Part shown: in pieces, positions 24,786-38,493 of the stretch
How the letters are laid out: each line of letters starts with the position of its first letter
Position numbering within the stretch: position 1 is the stretch's first letter
The notes under the pieces: generated by a model
Databases searched by the model: none
What the model was told of the DNA's origin: nothing
Seen by the model: only the letters and a program-made list of their open reading frames with translations
Origin: Pseudovirgaria hyperparasitica
Lineage: Eukaryota
DNA: 64,000 nucleotides
Assembly (NCBI GenBank): GCA_010093815.1
Contig: ML996577.1
Reading direction: 5' to 3' (one strand)
Made by a program: the position numbers and the translations under genes

Positions 24786-25872
24786 TCAGCGCCGTGTATG
24801 TCTCGTGTCTCGCGTGTGTCGGTCGGAAGAGCTTGCGCTGCCTGCGATTCTGGTCAGTAGGAGAAGAGCAAGGATGGGATCAAGTCTACTTACTTTCGCT
24901 TGTCGTGTAATCGCTGTAGGTGTACTCCGAAGTGTAGTCACTCTTGTCGTCGTATTTCCGGTCATGCTTCCTCTTCAGCCCAAGGGCGAGTGCTAATCCA
25001 CCAAGAATAGCAGCGGCACCGCCAACACCACCCAACTTAGATTTGGTCTCCTTTGTTGGCCTCGTGGGACCTTGACCGTGCCATCTTCGGCCACCAGCTG
25101 CACCGCCGGCATGCGAGTGGTGACTCTCGATATTTGTCTCCTCACGGACGTGCCTCTTGCCGCCGATGCCAAAGATGGCGAGAACAGAATCGAAGATGGC
25201 TCGAGCGCAGCAGAAGAGGCAGATGAGCAGCAGCAGAATGGTGCCAGCCAGCACGCCAATGACGATACCAGCAATAGCACCACCGCTGAGACCACCACCT
25301 CCACTGCCGCTCACGCTCACGTTTGTGCCAGTCGGGACGGTGCTCTCAAACGGAACGGTGATGGTGGGCGAAACGGTAGCTGTAATCACAGTGAGACCGG
25401 AGCTTGTAGGTCGGAGAGGAGGAAACGGACTCTGAGTTATGGCGCCACCGTCGTTGTTCATACACTGGCCTGTACTGGGATCATTACAGTACTGACCCTG
25501 ACCACAGCAGCTGTTGCCACACTTTGCGTATGTGCAACCTGACGTCGGCGAGGGTTGGGATGCAGCACCAACGTAGGAGCTGTAGACTTGAGTCTTGGTG
25601 ACCAGATCAGTCTCGACATATGTTGATGTCCAGTACTGCCAGTAGCCATTATCAGCCTGTGTGACTTGAGCACCGCTTGCGCAGGTTGCTTGGTTGTTGA
25701 CGACCTGACACTGCTGGCTCTCGGCGCAGCAGAGCCATCCTTCCCAGCCGCACGGGTTGGCACATCCTGCTCTCTCGACGAGCACGACGCTCCTGTGCAC
25801 GAGTGCGTAGACTGGGTTTGCTGCGACAAGACGTGAAGCAGTCAGAAGAAGGGCGGCGGTGGGGAGGAGCAT
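24786..25872 (-). CDS. Single-pass type I membrane protein: signal peptide, Cys-rich ectodomain, S/T stalk, GLSGGAIAGIVIG TM; intron 24842-24893
   Basis: MLLPTAALLL signal; CANPCGWEGWLCC and CGNSCC...YC; Mid2/Axl2/Skg6-type TM motif followed by a Cys cluster; cytosolic S/Y/D tail. Confidence 0.85.
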
Positions 25873-27241
25873 CCTGGCGATCCTCGAGCAACGAAGCAGC
25901 TCGAAGATGGGGATGGCTGAGGAACGAAAGATGGTAGGAGGTTGAGAAGAGGCGAGAGGAGGTAGGTCGGAAGGATATTGTGAGGCAAGTCGCAGCTGCT
26001 GGGAGAATAGAAAAGGCGTCTGTAGCTGGCTGGGAAGTCGAATATCGGAGAGGACGCGGGGTTTATGGATTCTGTGAGGGTGGTGGGAGCTCTAATTACT
26101 ATAGCTCTCTCTCTCTCTATACTCTTTCTCGGGTCAAACGTCGTGCGAAAAAGCAGCAACAATTGACGTCGCAATCAGAATAAGAAGAAGAAGATAGGTC
26201 AGTATAGATTTGCAATAGCAGTGAAAAGTGTGTAACTTAGCAGTCAGTTGCAGAATTGTGCAGAAGTGGGCGGGGGTTTGGATTCTTTGCTTGTCTTTCG
26301 CTGGTCCTCCCAACCACACTCCCAGCCTCTTTTCCGGCCACCGAGGGGAGGGCGGCTCACTATGCTTAGTGCGAACAAAGAAGTTAATTGAGGAGGCTGG
26401 TGGAAGCTGCAATTGATTGATGAATGACACCACCGGAACTCTATGCTTTGTCAATCGATGGACTATTTTTTTGGGGCTCTATCAGTCGCGGAGGAATTCT
26501 TTAATCGGATTAGAGGAAGGAGAGGACAATAAATCATCGACTACTTCTGTTTCGACGTCGATTGTGTTGACTCTGTGCGCAGGCCAAGACTCGAGCAGTT
26601 GTCGCCAGGCAACGGGCACGACTCACGGGCGGGATCCCCCTGCCACAATACCCCCCAAAATACCCCCAAATGCCCCCCAATGCCCCCAACTACCGGCCCG
26701 TTATAGCTGGTCGATCCGGGCTCTCAGCGCCAAAACGCCCCCCGGGACCCCGCTAAGTGGCGCACTTTTAGCCTCAAGTGCCTCATACAGCACTATACTG
26801 TGTAGCTAACGTTAATATTAGCCTCCCCTGCACTGTATAATCGCTTCACTAGCCAACTCATCTATTATCATCACTAATTACAAGTATATAATATCGTCTC
26901 AAAGACATCAACGCCAGTCTCGCTCGTCTATGCCAACATGATATTATCTATGTATGTGACTCGCCATGCCACGCCCCTATGGAGTGATTATTACATCCCC
27001 CACCCCAACCTGTTGTTTCCCCCAGGGACTACTTTCAACCAGACATGCTCGCAAGGGTATCCAAATACTAATATAACCACGTCCGAGTAGACTGAAATAT
27101 ATCGCTCAAACACTGCTTCTGCCGTCGAAGAACGCGCGCGCTCCGGAAAAGGTCGTGTGTGGTATCCAACTTCCTCATGCAACACCCAAGATATTGGTAC
27201 ATGGGAGCTTGAGAGATCGATCAAGTTTAGGATATCTCGTC

Positions 27242-30200
27242 TCATGAAGCTCTCTTGGCTGCTCTGGAACTGTGCTCGACCGCTGCCGTCCAGTCTTCCC
27301 ATTCCTTCGACATCTCCATCAGCAGATTGCCCATCACAATGGGATTGGCCATCAGCCCATGTGATTCTCCCTCCAGGATTCGTACTTCGCACCGCCGCAT
27401 AATCCGACCAAGCCAACGCACATTTTCCACTGGTACGCGACTGTCTTTGCTTCCGTGGTGTATCACAACCCCTCGTGTTATATCCTCATACCGGAACCCA
27501 ATCGGATATCGCGTCTCCAGACAGACAATCAAGTCTGTCGCCGGGTTCGCATTCGTAGTCGCTCTCTCCCAGATGGCAAATGTCAGCCTCTCATCCAACG
27601 CTTCCCGCCGTTGCTGTGCTGCTTCATCCTTGGCCTTCTGCACTTCCACCGTGGCCTCAAACTTGTCTGCACTCGGGCTACTCGGTGTCAGGTTGAGCGC
27701 GCTCGAATTTGGCGCGATCAGATCCATGCGAGCCATCGACTCTTGTCGCGTCTGTGCCATCGATCCTCTGGGTGGCGCCTGAGGCGCACTGGAACCGGTG
27801 CTCTTTCTCTTCGTCTTCCCCGCCGGCGACTTGGGCATGCTTCTCGTGATACTGGCACTCGTCGTGCTAAGAAAGGATGCATTTGCAATCTTCAAGATCG
27901 ACGGTGGTAGTGTTCTAAGAAATCGTTGCGCGCGCGGAAGCTGACCACCAGGCGCTGCATTTTGGTGGACCCCAATCGGTGCCATTTGCGAAGGCGGGAT
28001 CCAGGGTGCAAGAAGGTGCACTTTGCCCCTGATGTGCTGTGGCATACGCAAGGCTGTTGCGAGCGCATACACTGCGCCTGCCGAGTGTGCAAGAACAGAA
28101 AACTTGGGTATCCGCAAGGCCTGGCAGATCGTGTATATATCGTCTGGATTAGACAGTTAGCAAAGTCCAGTTCCATACACAATTTACCCTTCATACCTGT
28201 CCAGGTCAACGGCGTGACATTCTCGTCTGCCTCGCTTCCACCAATTCCAGGTCGATCAGGCGTGATCAAGCGCAGCTTTAATGTCTTTGCCAATTCATCA
28301 TAGAAACTCATCACATATCGAGTCAAGCCCATACCAACACAGCAGAACACGGCAAAGCCCTTCGGGTCGCCTACTTCAGAAAACGAAATTACTCGACCGT
28401 TGGTAGGATGCCGTACTTGCTGACTCAATCGCGGAGCATTAACAAAGTCCTCGATGGTTTGTTCCATCGAGTCTACACTAGCAGGTCTATCCTCTCGAAT
28501 TGGCCGCTGCGGAGACTGCACAGCTGGAGAGGCTCCCTTCTTCCCCGTCCGCTTCTGCTCTTGTCGTGGCATATCCGGATGAGACCATCGCTTTCCCTTG
28601 CGTCCGGTCGACGATATGCTTGCCGTACGCGATCCAAATGGTGATTTGTACGGTTCCGATGTGTCGTACTCACTCGACCTTGTCTGCCTTTGCCGTTCGG
28701 CCCCCCTGTCTCCTTCAAAGTATGCTTCATCCGGCGAAGAGAGCGGTGAAACACCGCCCTTATTCTTAGACTCCGCTCTACGAACATCTATAGCCGTACT
28801 TGTTGTTCGTTGCGGTGTCAAGTTGTTGTTTTGATTCTGCTTACTTGTGGAATCCTTGCTGCTTGGCGGCGAATGCGGTATCTGGTCGAGGGACTGTAAG
28901 ACGTGGTTGTAGTTGATCGGTAAGGGCCCCATGGGTGTCATCGGGGTCAAGGGAGCATGCATATCGTTTCCAGCATCGCGATAAAGGGGTGCTCGCACAA
29001 TTGTCTCCTTCACTCCAGGGGGCGCAAGAGTATCCTGTCGCTCTGTTGAATAGATGCCTAGAATTTTGCGCGCTTTGGTATCTGAGTCGGAGTGTCGTTT
29101 CTCCCATGCACTGGCTACCGTAGAGGTGGGAGATATTGGCGACAAGTCCGAAGTTGACAGCTCCTCCGCACCTCCTCTTGATAACCTAGCTTCTCCGGTC
29201 ATGGCCCCATTCTCACTCGATTTCTCCCGGAACCATGCCTTTTGCTTCAACTCTTCTATCCTGCGCAACGCGCTTATATCCTCGTTGGTGGCCTTCTCTT
29301 TTCCCTTGGGCGACGGGGTGGGTTTGGTCTCCTCTTCTTCAGGCACTGCAAGTGTTCTGGCCTCAGCTGGACGATCTCGCCGGCGCTCCCTTCTTGGTGA
29401 ACTGCTACTATGTCTCAGTGACGACTGCCTCTGTGGAACAGCGCCTCCTGGCGTTAGCGGTCCATCCGGCGTAATGATAGCACTTGACGCAGCCACCAAT
29501 GTCATCGGAGGTGGCTTTCTCTTCTTCTTTTTTGTACCTGGTAGCGGCGCTGCGTGGGTTGATTCCTCCTGTATAACGTTACCAGGAAGAAACTCGATAT
29601 TTTTTTCCGAGTGCAAGTGTGCCTGCGTAACGAATTCGATAGCGGCAGCAGTGACACTGGCGTCAACCTCCGACGGCACGCTGAAAGATCTTGAATCTCT
29701 CTTCAACCGCTCGCGAGAACTCATGTAAAGCAAGCTTTTGCCTCTACCACTACGCCTTGTGCTTTCACTAGACGTCCTACTTTTGATCGATGGTTCCGAT
29801 GGTCGCGCGCCTGCCTCAATGCTAATATTACCAATGCTGACCGCGTCATCCCGATCATACGCCGAGTATGCTGAATGCAATGATGTAGTGGATTGTGTGG
29901 TGCGCAAACATTCCTTGTAAGACCCTGAATCTCGTTTCCACGACGGTCCTGGCGATCTTGGAGACCTCGGAGTCTTCGGTGCTGTGAGCGGTGATAAGCC
30001 AGACGGAGGTTTTGAGGTTCGTACGATCGGAGGCTCGGCGGCGTCGTGAGGATGAAGAAACTCTTTCTCGCTGAGCTGTTCAGGCAGATCTAGGAAGTTG
30101 ACGCGCTGCGCATGCGGACTGACAGGTGTTGAGCGGGTACCATCGATCGGAGGAATGTTCTCGAAATGGTTGTGCGCCGGAATGGAGATAGCGGACAAGG

Positions 30201-30396
30201 AGTCTATTAGTGATGCGATGACCTCCGGAGACGTCGACTGGTGACCCTTGGCCGGTTGATGAGCTGGCCCACGAGACTCCTCTGGGTGATTTGGCGCTGG
30301 AGGAAGGGAGGACGTTCTGCGGCGGCGTGTACGTCCTGGAGCAGTCGAGGCATACGAGTCCGGAACCGACGAGCCCGGGAGCTGCTGAGGATCCAT
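27242..30396 (-). CDS. Alpha/beta-fold hydrolase with long disordered N-terminus; intron 28144-28196
   Basis: GRVISFSEVGDP, LRLITPDRPGIGGS, nucleophile elbow AHSAGA, HHGSKD-x-RVP, EGESHGLM. Confidence 0.9.
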
Positions 30397-32229
30397 GGTA
30401 TGATAGTCCGTTTATAAGACTTGAGAGTAGGGGGGGTATCGGCGACTGTATCGACCAGGTTCTCTGATGTGTGTAACCGCAGGAACGCTTCTATTGACTG
30501 GTGAGAAGGGAATGCATGTCCTTGACGATGGCGAGAGCGCAGCACCACGAATCACAGCGCAGGACGCGCAGGGATGATAGGGAAAAAACTGGTGCAAACC
30601 AAAAGAAGGTTCAAGTAGCCAGGAGAATATGCATGTAAGACGCGAGGAACCAAGAGGGAAGCCGACAAGGAGGTATATCGAATTGGAAGCGAATGAACAA
30701 AGAGAGAAAGTAGGTTTGGGGAGTGGGCCAGATGGATTTTGCTGCATAAGACATAAAGACATAAGAGGACAGAGGGTCGGCGAGGCTAAAGAGAAATCAT
30801 AGGCTGCTTCAGCCCAACGTGCCTCCACTTGGCACTGTGCATGCTGCAAACGGCGAACTTGCGCACGTGCCTGGTCTGCTCTTCAGGGGCTCGGCTGCTC
30901 CCACGCCGGCCGCGGCCCACTGCATTCTTCCGCGTTGTTGCGTCGTTGGCGCTGCCTTCACTTCCACTGCCCCGTCTTCCACGTCAGGCTTCTCTATAAT
31001 ACCACGACTACTTTGAGTCGTCTGGTCCCTTGTATCATGTCTTGTGTGATGCCTCAGCTACGACCGGCCGTTCCACCAAAAACCTCCAGGACCGTAGAGC
31101 AAGTGTCGCCGTCGTTCTCGTATAATACACAAACCACGCTATGGCAGTGTAATAGTGCATTCTCGAGCGCTCCCCACTTGTTGACAGGGGCGTTAGTAAA
31201 AGCTGGAGTCCGATAGAAGAGGCCATAAGAGCAGGGACTTGTACCATACTAGACTGTCAGGCATGATCTATGCCCGACCACGACTCATCGCTTCACTGCC
31301 ATTGATTTGGAGGCAAGATGATGATCAATATCTATGTATGCACACTCATGGTGGTACATCATCTCATCTTCATCTAGTGCTACATACAGAGCCCGGGCGA
31401 AATACATCCTCACATCTCGAGGTTACGCGCAGGATGTACCATGCATGCTTTTCCCATCTACCGTTCCGCTGTTCCGAGTTGTTTATTTTTCGAGAACTGT
31501 TCCATAAGATGCTTTCTGGGGCCCTAATTTGACAACATGAGCTTAATCTGCACCAGCGCTGTGGCGTGCCGCTGTCAAGAAATGTCAAGATGCATCCTCA
31601 TTTTCCAATTGGCGGTCCTATGATCCACTGCACTGCGGTGCTCATCTAATTTAATGGCCGGCTAAAAGGCAACGGTATTAGGAGCTGCTCAGGTTCTGCT
31701 AGACTCGGGGGCAGGCTAAGACATATGTATAAAAGTGGTACGCCATAGTAGTTCACGGCTATATTTCGCATGCCTATGGACTACTACTATAGTATCACAT
31801 CGACTACTGCCCTTAGCAGTGAGAACCTCATGTGCCAGGGTTGGTTGGCATGTTGTCTACAGTTGGGCAGCGAAACACCATCAATTGTCGACGCTATACA
31901 ATAAATTATTACTGATCGAGTCTCGACCTTCCAACAAAGGCAAAGTACCGTTAGTTGGATGGGATGATACATATACATATTCCTCACTTGCATCCGTGCA
32001 CGTACCACATAACCTTGTGCACGAGCCACCAAACACACATGAACTCCTGCCTGCACCCTTGTTTGACAGTTGTCAGAAGTCTACGGTGCTTCCTTTACAT
32101 GGAATTTACACTCCGCTACGTCATCCTGCATTCAACACCATTCACTTCCTGCCTGACCTGACGCGCTCTCTCAAAGCTCTCCTCTTGCACTACCTTCCTT
32201 TTGGCATGCACGCATACTTCTCACTTATC

Positions 32230-33291
32230 ATGCTAGACGCTCTGATCTCGCTCCCGATCTTCTCCTTCTTCCTTCTTCCATTATGGACATCATGGACCAC
32301 ACAGCTCAACCTCGCCTTCTTCTACATGACATGGGCGACCTTCGTCATGTCGCACCCGGCCTACAACGTTGAAGTCGTGGGGACGCTGTTCATCCGGCTC
32401 ATATTCTATGTCATACCTGCGTTGGCATTTCTGGCGTTCGATTGCCTGGTGCCCAGTATATCGACAAGCATAAAGGCGCATGGCGACGATGCACTGCCGC
32501 GTAGACTCGGGCGCAAGAAGGTCGCAAAGGTAGTCGGTGTCTCGCTGGCGAATGTGCTGCTGGGCGTGGCCGCACAAGCAGGTATCGAGTTACTAGCCAC
32601 CAGAGTACTCCACGTCCGCAGCGTCGTCAGGATTAATATTCAACTGCCGTATCCCTGGGATATGTGGATGGACGTAGCCAAGGCATTCGTGATCCGCAAC
32701 GTGAGTTTCTTTATTCCATCCACTAGTTTAATCCAAATAGTTTTGAACTAACAAGTCCTATATCAGATCCTCCAATATTATATCCACTTCTACGTTTTGC
32801 ACCGCTCGCGTACCCCGGTCGCTAAATACCACGCTTCATGGCACCATTCGCTCCCGCTTCCGTTCTCCATTGCTGCGACGTACGATCATCCGCTGCCATA
32901 CCTCATCGGGCATTGGCTACCGACCTTTATCCCTGCTGCCCTCTTCCGCTTCCATCTACTCACCTACTTCCTGTTCCTGGGACTTGTCTCGTTGGAGGAC
33001 CTCTTTACCTGGTCCGGCTATACCGTCTTGCCGAGCCACATCCTGATGACGGGTATGGCGCGACGCCGTGATGCGCATATGCTTAGTAGCGGCCAAGGAA
33101 ATTTCGCACCATGGGGTGTGCTGGATTGGGCGCACGGAACGGGCTTGGGTAAAGATGTTGTCGATGATTTGAAAGCCGAAGCAGAAAAGAGAGACGTCAA
33201 GGGGAAGGCGAGCAATGGGGTAGAGAAAGGAGGGGTCTTCTTGGATGAGGCGGGGGAGAAGATGAAAAGAAGGGGTAGAGCGAAGAGATAG
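32230..33291 (+). CDS. Fatty acid hydroxylase / sterol desaturase family protein; intron 32701-32767
   Basis: His boxes YYIHFYVLH and YHASWHH, YDHP, C-terminal GNFAPWGVLDWAHGT; several TM segments. Confidence 0.85.
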
Positions 33292-33727
33292 TGGTGCATC
33301 AGCGAGCTGATGACTTACATGTGACAGTTACACAATCTTTTTAAAGCGTTAGATACCCGTCTGCAATGCGATATATTGTTCGTTAATGTCATTACAACCG
33401 AAGTGGAGAATCTGAGACCGGTCGCTAAAGCAATCGTCGCGCGTGAATTGATCAGGAAAATATGTGCTGTACCGCATACGTTCGCAAGCTCTGTCACATA
33501 TCAAATGCTGAGAGAGCCGCCCTCGCACATCGGTTGGATTTTAAATGGTTGTTGGATTTTCGCTGCTTGATACAGTATCGTAATAACCCCTAAAGACCCA
33601 AAGTATGCCAGTCAAGAAACGGCTGCTTGAGACGGCCGCAGCACTAGAAGGCCGATTTGCCATGCACTTTCTTTCAACCATTGACTCCGAGTCCCATTCT
33701 TCCCCCGTACAACCCACGCTCGCGCAT

Positions 33728-34527
33728 CTAGAAGACCATCTCGTGTGGCTTCTGGCCCTTGCGTAGACTGAAGCTTGAGCTCAGGTAGGCGACCAGGTCC
33801 CGGTCCTTCTTTACTGCTGATAAGATGGACTTGTCCACGGATTTTTGGTCGGCCGCACGGCTGCTGTCTATCGTCTTCTTCTATTATTACGGTCAGAAAC
33901 CCTCCCAATTTGATGCCTCCACTTTCATGACTTACCTCTGGCTTCTCACCCTGCTTGAAGAAAGCCTCCTCGCCAGGCTTCTTGGAAACCTTGTCCTTGG
34001 TGAAATAACCCTCGCCCGAAACCTTCTCAACAATGCTGCTGTCCACACCACTCACGTCCACCTTGGTGCTGGTGGCGATGACATATCGGGCGTTCACTCT
34101 TCGGAGAGGAACACCGTTTACTTTGAAAGGACCGGTAACGAGAAGAACACCTTGGTCAAGGGTCTTGAGGAGAACGACGCGCTTGCCACGGAAGCGGCCA
34201 GCGAGGAGGATGAGAATGGCACCGGGTTGAAGGGACTTGCGGTACTGGGTTGGACGGATAGACTTGCGGACCTGCACAAAGATACTCATTAGCATGTTGT
34301 TTCAATCAGAAGCCACAGTCAAGCTTGCGCAGCTACGTGTGCGGTAAATCGATATGCGCCCCATCTCTTGGTGACACCGGTGGATTCTTGCAGTCTGCTC
34401 TGCTCGTTCATGGAAAGCTTCGTACCTTTCGGGGTGTCTTCTCGTCCTCCGCCGGGTAGTACCTGCTGGCCTTCTCCGTCGCCTGGGCCTGGAATTTGGC
34501 GATGGTAGCGTCTGCGGTGGCCGACAT
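33728..34527 (-). CDS. RPL6: 60S ribosomal protein L6 (eL6), 3 exons (introns about 34272-34425 and 33881-33935)
   Basis: [55 protein letters not shown]; terminal [14 protein letters not shown]. Confidence 0.97.
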
Positions 34528-34812
34528 TGTAATTGCGCGCTCCGTGGACCTCAAAGAAAAGAAGAGGTGATTTGGTGTGCTGGAGGAGTTAGTATTCGTG
34601 TGGTCGCTGTCTCTTTCGGTTGTTCACGATTAGCGAATTCAAATTCCAAGTGTGCGGCGGCAGATATTCGGACGTGGCGGCGCTAGACTATATTCAGCGG
34701 CCGCGGCGACCTGGGAGTTCCTCGGATCCACCCAAGCCAAGGAACAAGCTCAGTTCATTCTCACTGCTCGTAAGGCACCGTCGACATACATATACAGCAC
34801 AATATTCCCGTC

Positions 34813-36374
34813 ATGTCTGTGTCACCACTTATCACATTCAAGGCTGGCAAGTGTGAGCTCGACGTAAGTATTCTGCAGCTATAACTTGCACCTCTCCGCT
34901 AACTTGCCCATAGGATAGCAATCCACCAAATGTCAAATGCTCCCCAACACCAGGCTACATTTACCTTTACGTTGGCGACGATGGTACACCACACCCATAG
35001 CTGTTCATGATGGTGCATTAGCTAATGTACTCAGAACTCGTCCATTTCTGCTGGCGTCCACGCTCCGCACCCGCCTCCGAACCTGAACTCGACCTGCTCA
35101 TGATTCCTGGCGACGGTTCTTTCATACCATATACTGGGCCCGCAATAAGTGGCTTCACCTATACACAGCGACCTCCTACAAATGGTCGTATCTATGTTCT
35201 CAAATTCAATTCGAGCTCTCAGCGACAGCTATTCTGGATGCAATCCAAGAGCCAGCACCCTGACGGACTGCCGTGCTACTTCAGCCCGAGAGACGGCAAG
35301 ATTGGTCATATTGTAGACATGCTTCTTAATGGAGAGGAAGTCGACGTCGCAGATGAGCTACGAAATGTGAACAACGAATTCCGCTATAGCGGCAGGTCGG
35401 TTGACGATGACGAGACGATGGAAGACGCGGATGCACCGGACCGCCAGCGCCATGGCAGTAGCAGTGGCGGAGCAGGTGCGGATGCTACTGGTGGCGATAT
35501 CAGAGAGGAAGGAGAGGGATCTCGTGAGGGTGGGGCTGATGGTGGCCGAGCGTAGGTTTGCCTGCATCGTTGCAAGTCATTTGTCGCGACACTGGGAGGC
35601 GTTCAGGAAGCAAGTCTATGCTGTAACACTCGGCGCTCAGCGGTAACACGAACAACGAACAAAGAAGAAAGAAGAAAGGCTATGCAAACTCATGATTCTG
35701 TACGCATAATCAAAAGAACAAGCCAGCTGCCCCGGCTATTGTATGGCTTGCTTCCTGGAGTGTTACCTAGTGTGCGTCCTGTCGTGGCTCGGGATAATGG
35801 ACTAATCGGATGTAGTGCGGCGGGTCACTCCTCGACAGACGCATCAACAGTCGTGCAGAACTTCCTGAACTCGCTTAAAGGAACCGGCATGAGCTCTGGT
35901 GGTAGCCGACAGCAAGCAGATAAGCCATTTACAACACTTCCCGACCTCCTTGCTTCTTCAGTCACGCTACCAGTAATCGAATCCGCTGATGATACCTTAC
36001 TCGACTCGCTATGTTCCAATCTTCCTCCAATGATTCTACTCTTAGCTCAAGATATTGATGATATTGCTGAAGTAGATCCCGCTTCTGATACCGCGCAAGC
36101 CGCCATTTCAGCGCTAAGCTCCGATCAGAAACGAGATATCCTTAGGCGAGTGGCAAGAAGTCCGCAGCTGCATCAAAGTCTTGGGAGCCTGACGATGGCC
36201 TTAAGGGACGGTGGCCTACCAACTGTTGGCGAGGCATTAAAGATCAAGGTTGAGAATGGAGGGTTTCGGGGAGCAATGCCTCTTGGTGGTGGAGAGGCTG
36301 TAGAAGCTTTCTTAGACGGGGTGAAGAGGACTGTCCAAGAAGAGAAGCAACAGAACGATATGGACACTGATTGA
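34813..36374 (+). CDS. RPN13: Proteasome ubiquitin receptor Rpn13/ADRM1, 4 exons (introns 34864-34913, 34984-35034, 35552-35815)
   Basis: LITFKAGKC, PTPGYIYLY, ELVHFCWRPR, TNGRIYVLKF-x-SS-x-QRQLFWMQ (Pru domain); C-terminal RSPQLHQSLGSL...GGEAVEAFL; divergent from RPL6 (285 bp). Confidence 0.92.
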
Positions 36375-36696
36375 AGGTAGACATCTACCACACCAAGCGA
36401 ACCTATTGTCAAGTGGTATACCACTGCCCCAAACGAGCCTTCCATGGACACCTGGTGGTCGAGACACATGATGGTCAAATTAGAGAATGCACCGTTCGAC
36501 CACATTGCATACGTATCGTATTCCCTCTTGCGCCATGGAGGCTGCTTCACTCTCCACCACGTCACAGTCATTGATCGTGATCTCTGGACTGACCTGTGAA
36601 TTCACCTGCTTCATCAATATAAAAAGGAACCACTAGGTTGCCGTACATATATCATCACACTCCTCCTTTATGCTAACTTCCTGACCAAAGTAAATC

Positions 36697-37472
36697 ATGC
36701 CTTTCTCGGACCAATATTTCGAGCAACCTTCCCCTTCGAAGAAGACGACGACTCGCGTTCCGACAGGAATCGGATCCAAGGCTCCGACATACGCTCCATC
36801 AAGGATTGTACCAAATTACACGACAAACGCCTTGACAAGAACCGCACCAAAGTACACGACGAACCATCCAACAAGCACCGTACCAAAGCACACGACAAAG
36901 CCTCCACCAAGTACCGTATCCGGAGCTCCGTCACAGGCCTTGACAAGGAACTTGCCTCAGAATCCGTCGCTAGTTTTAACAAGGACCGAACCTAGGAATC
37001 AGACACTGGCTTTGACAAGGACCGAACCTAGAGATCAGACACTGGCCTTGACGAGGACCGGTTCTAGGGCTCCGACAGAGGCCTTGACAGGAATCAATCC
37101 CTGGGCTCCAAGAGAGCCTACGACAAGGGGCTCGGTAAACTTCACCACAAGGATTCCGCCAAGAAAGAAGACGAGCATCGTCATCACTCAGGGGACCATC
37201 GGTAATCTGAACTGCACCAACATTAATATCATAAGAGCTCGTCGCCCCTAGAGACGATGTGCACAGCCCTTATCCAAGTCTACGCATGTGCATGCGAAAA
37301 GATCATCGTGATAACGCCTTGTGCGCATTCGCGGCTAGAGAAAGCATTCTGCGAGCGCATCAAGAAGAATTCACTTGCACCTTCGAGACATGGATGTGCG
37401 GCTCATCCAGGGCTAAAGATAGAAATTGTTGGAGGACCAGCAGAGAAGTTACATGAACTTTGCGAAGTTTGA
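36697..37472 (+). CDS. Orphan: 12-aa tandem-repeat protein (36697-37251) with downstream Cys-rich module (37257-37472); either one spliced gene (intron 37202-37251) or two ORFs
   Basis: TATAAAA at about 36618, AATCATG start, 36-bp coding repeats; a candidate GTAATC...CCTAG intron fuses the two ORFs in frame. Confidence 0.6.
36757..37152 (+). repeat. 36-bp (12-aa) degenerate coding tandem repeat, about 11 units, consensus near ALTRTEPRxQTL
   Basis: ALTRTAPKYTTN, ALTRNLPQNPSL, VLTRTEPRNQTL, ALTRTEPRDQTL, ALTRTGSRAPTE, ALTGINPWAPRE. Confidence 0.85.
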
Positions 37473-37653
37473 ATACAGAATTTATCTACCTGTACCAGGC
37501 AACGGACTAGAGCGGAGTCCTTGACTGTCAGCAATCTTACACTAACAACTGTCATATTCAAACATCGCGAAGACCTCAGCTGGCCTTGCATTACTGTCTT
37601 CCAATCACGGGACTCTTAGCTCAGAATTACCAATAGAAATCTCCTTATAAACC

Positions 37654-37737
37654 ATGTGCACCTTAAGCGGACGGATCTGTGCCTGCGAATGTGACAAGTG
37701 CATCAGGTTGAGAATGTGCAACACGGCCAAGAAGTAA
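37654..37737 (+). pseudogene. Short or truncated paralog of the 37257 Cys-rich module (MCTLSGRICACECDKCIRLRMCNTAKK*)
   Basis: Same Cys spacing as MCTALIQVYACACEKIIVITPC; ACCATG context; stop after 27 codons. Confidence 0.45.
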
Positions 37738-38493
37738 AGTCATGTATGCTTTTTCGTCAAAAGCTCATCGACATCTCCGTCCAAGGATATATGTCTAGCC
37801 GACGCGATCAAGACTTGACAAGAATGAATATATGCACACAGTAGAGATATTAGTTCGCTTACATGAAGATGTTAGTAGAGTAAAAACCCCAGAGGCTCCT
37901 TGCGTAACTAACACATCATGAACTAGTCAGTGTCCGCCATATGAAAGCATTTCATGCTTGGTAGATTACCCTATTGCCTAAAAGTGCAGTATATCCACTT
38001 TCGGACGCCTCGGCCGGGGTCATTGGTTGGGTCCAATTGCAGCCGGAGGCGCTTGTCCGTATCTGGTAAGGCTCTCACGCTCCCTTATCGTCAGAAGGTG
38101 GCGTAAACATATTATACAGAAGGTGTAATTATAATCTGAGGAGTCAGATTCTCTACGCTGGGTCGAGTTCTGATAATACGCCCGGGCTGTGACCGTAATG
38201 GGATAAACAAAAGTCAATATACCTTTTAATACCCACTTTTAACTTCGGTCTTGCTGGCCTCAGGCTCCATTTTCAGGGATCTTACGGCTTCATAGGGAGC
38301 TAAGTAATCTTATCTCTGTACACAAGCAGGCTCAATTTACCAAAGAATCGCTATCTAGGCCCTCCGGCTTATGTCCGATTGAATGTGCCGTCTTCTGCCT
38401 GTCATGCCACATACATGTGCTCAACGAATGCATCATCCTCGACGTCGTGGAAAACAATCACCCCTTCATGATCTCTTATCTTCATAGTAAATC

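Noticed and set aside
31735..32229. 165-codon upstream extension of the hydroxylase ORF
   Set aside because: Starts at GTG immediately after a TATAAAA box and reads as promoter/5' UTR; family similarity begins near ATG 32230
34272..34425. Intronic snoRNA in the longer RPL6 intron
   Set aside because: A CTGA is present but there is no convincing box C (RUGAUGA) or H/ACA layout; an Infernal/Rfam search would be needed
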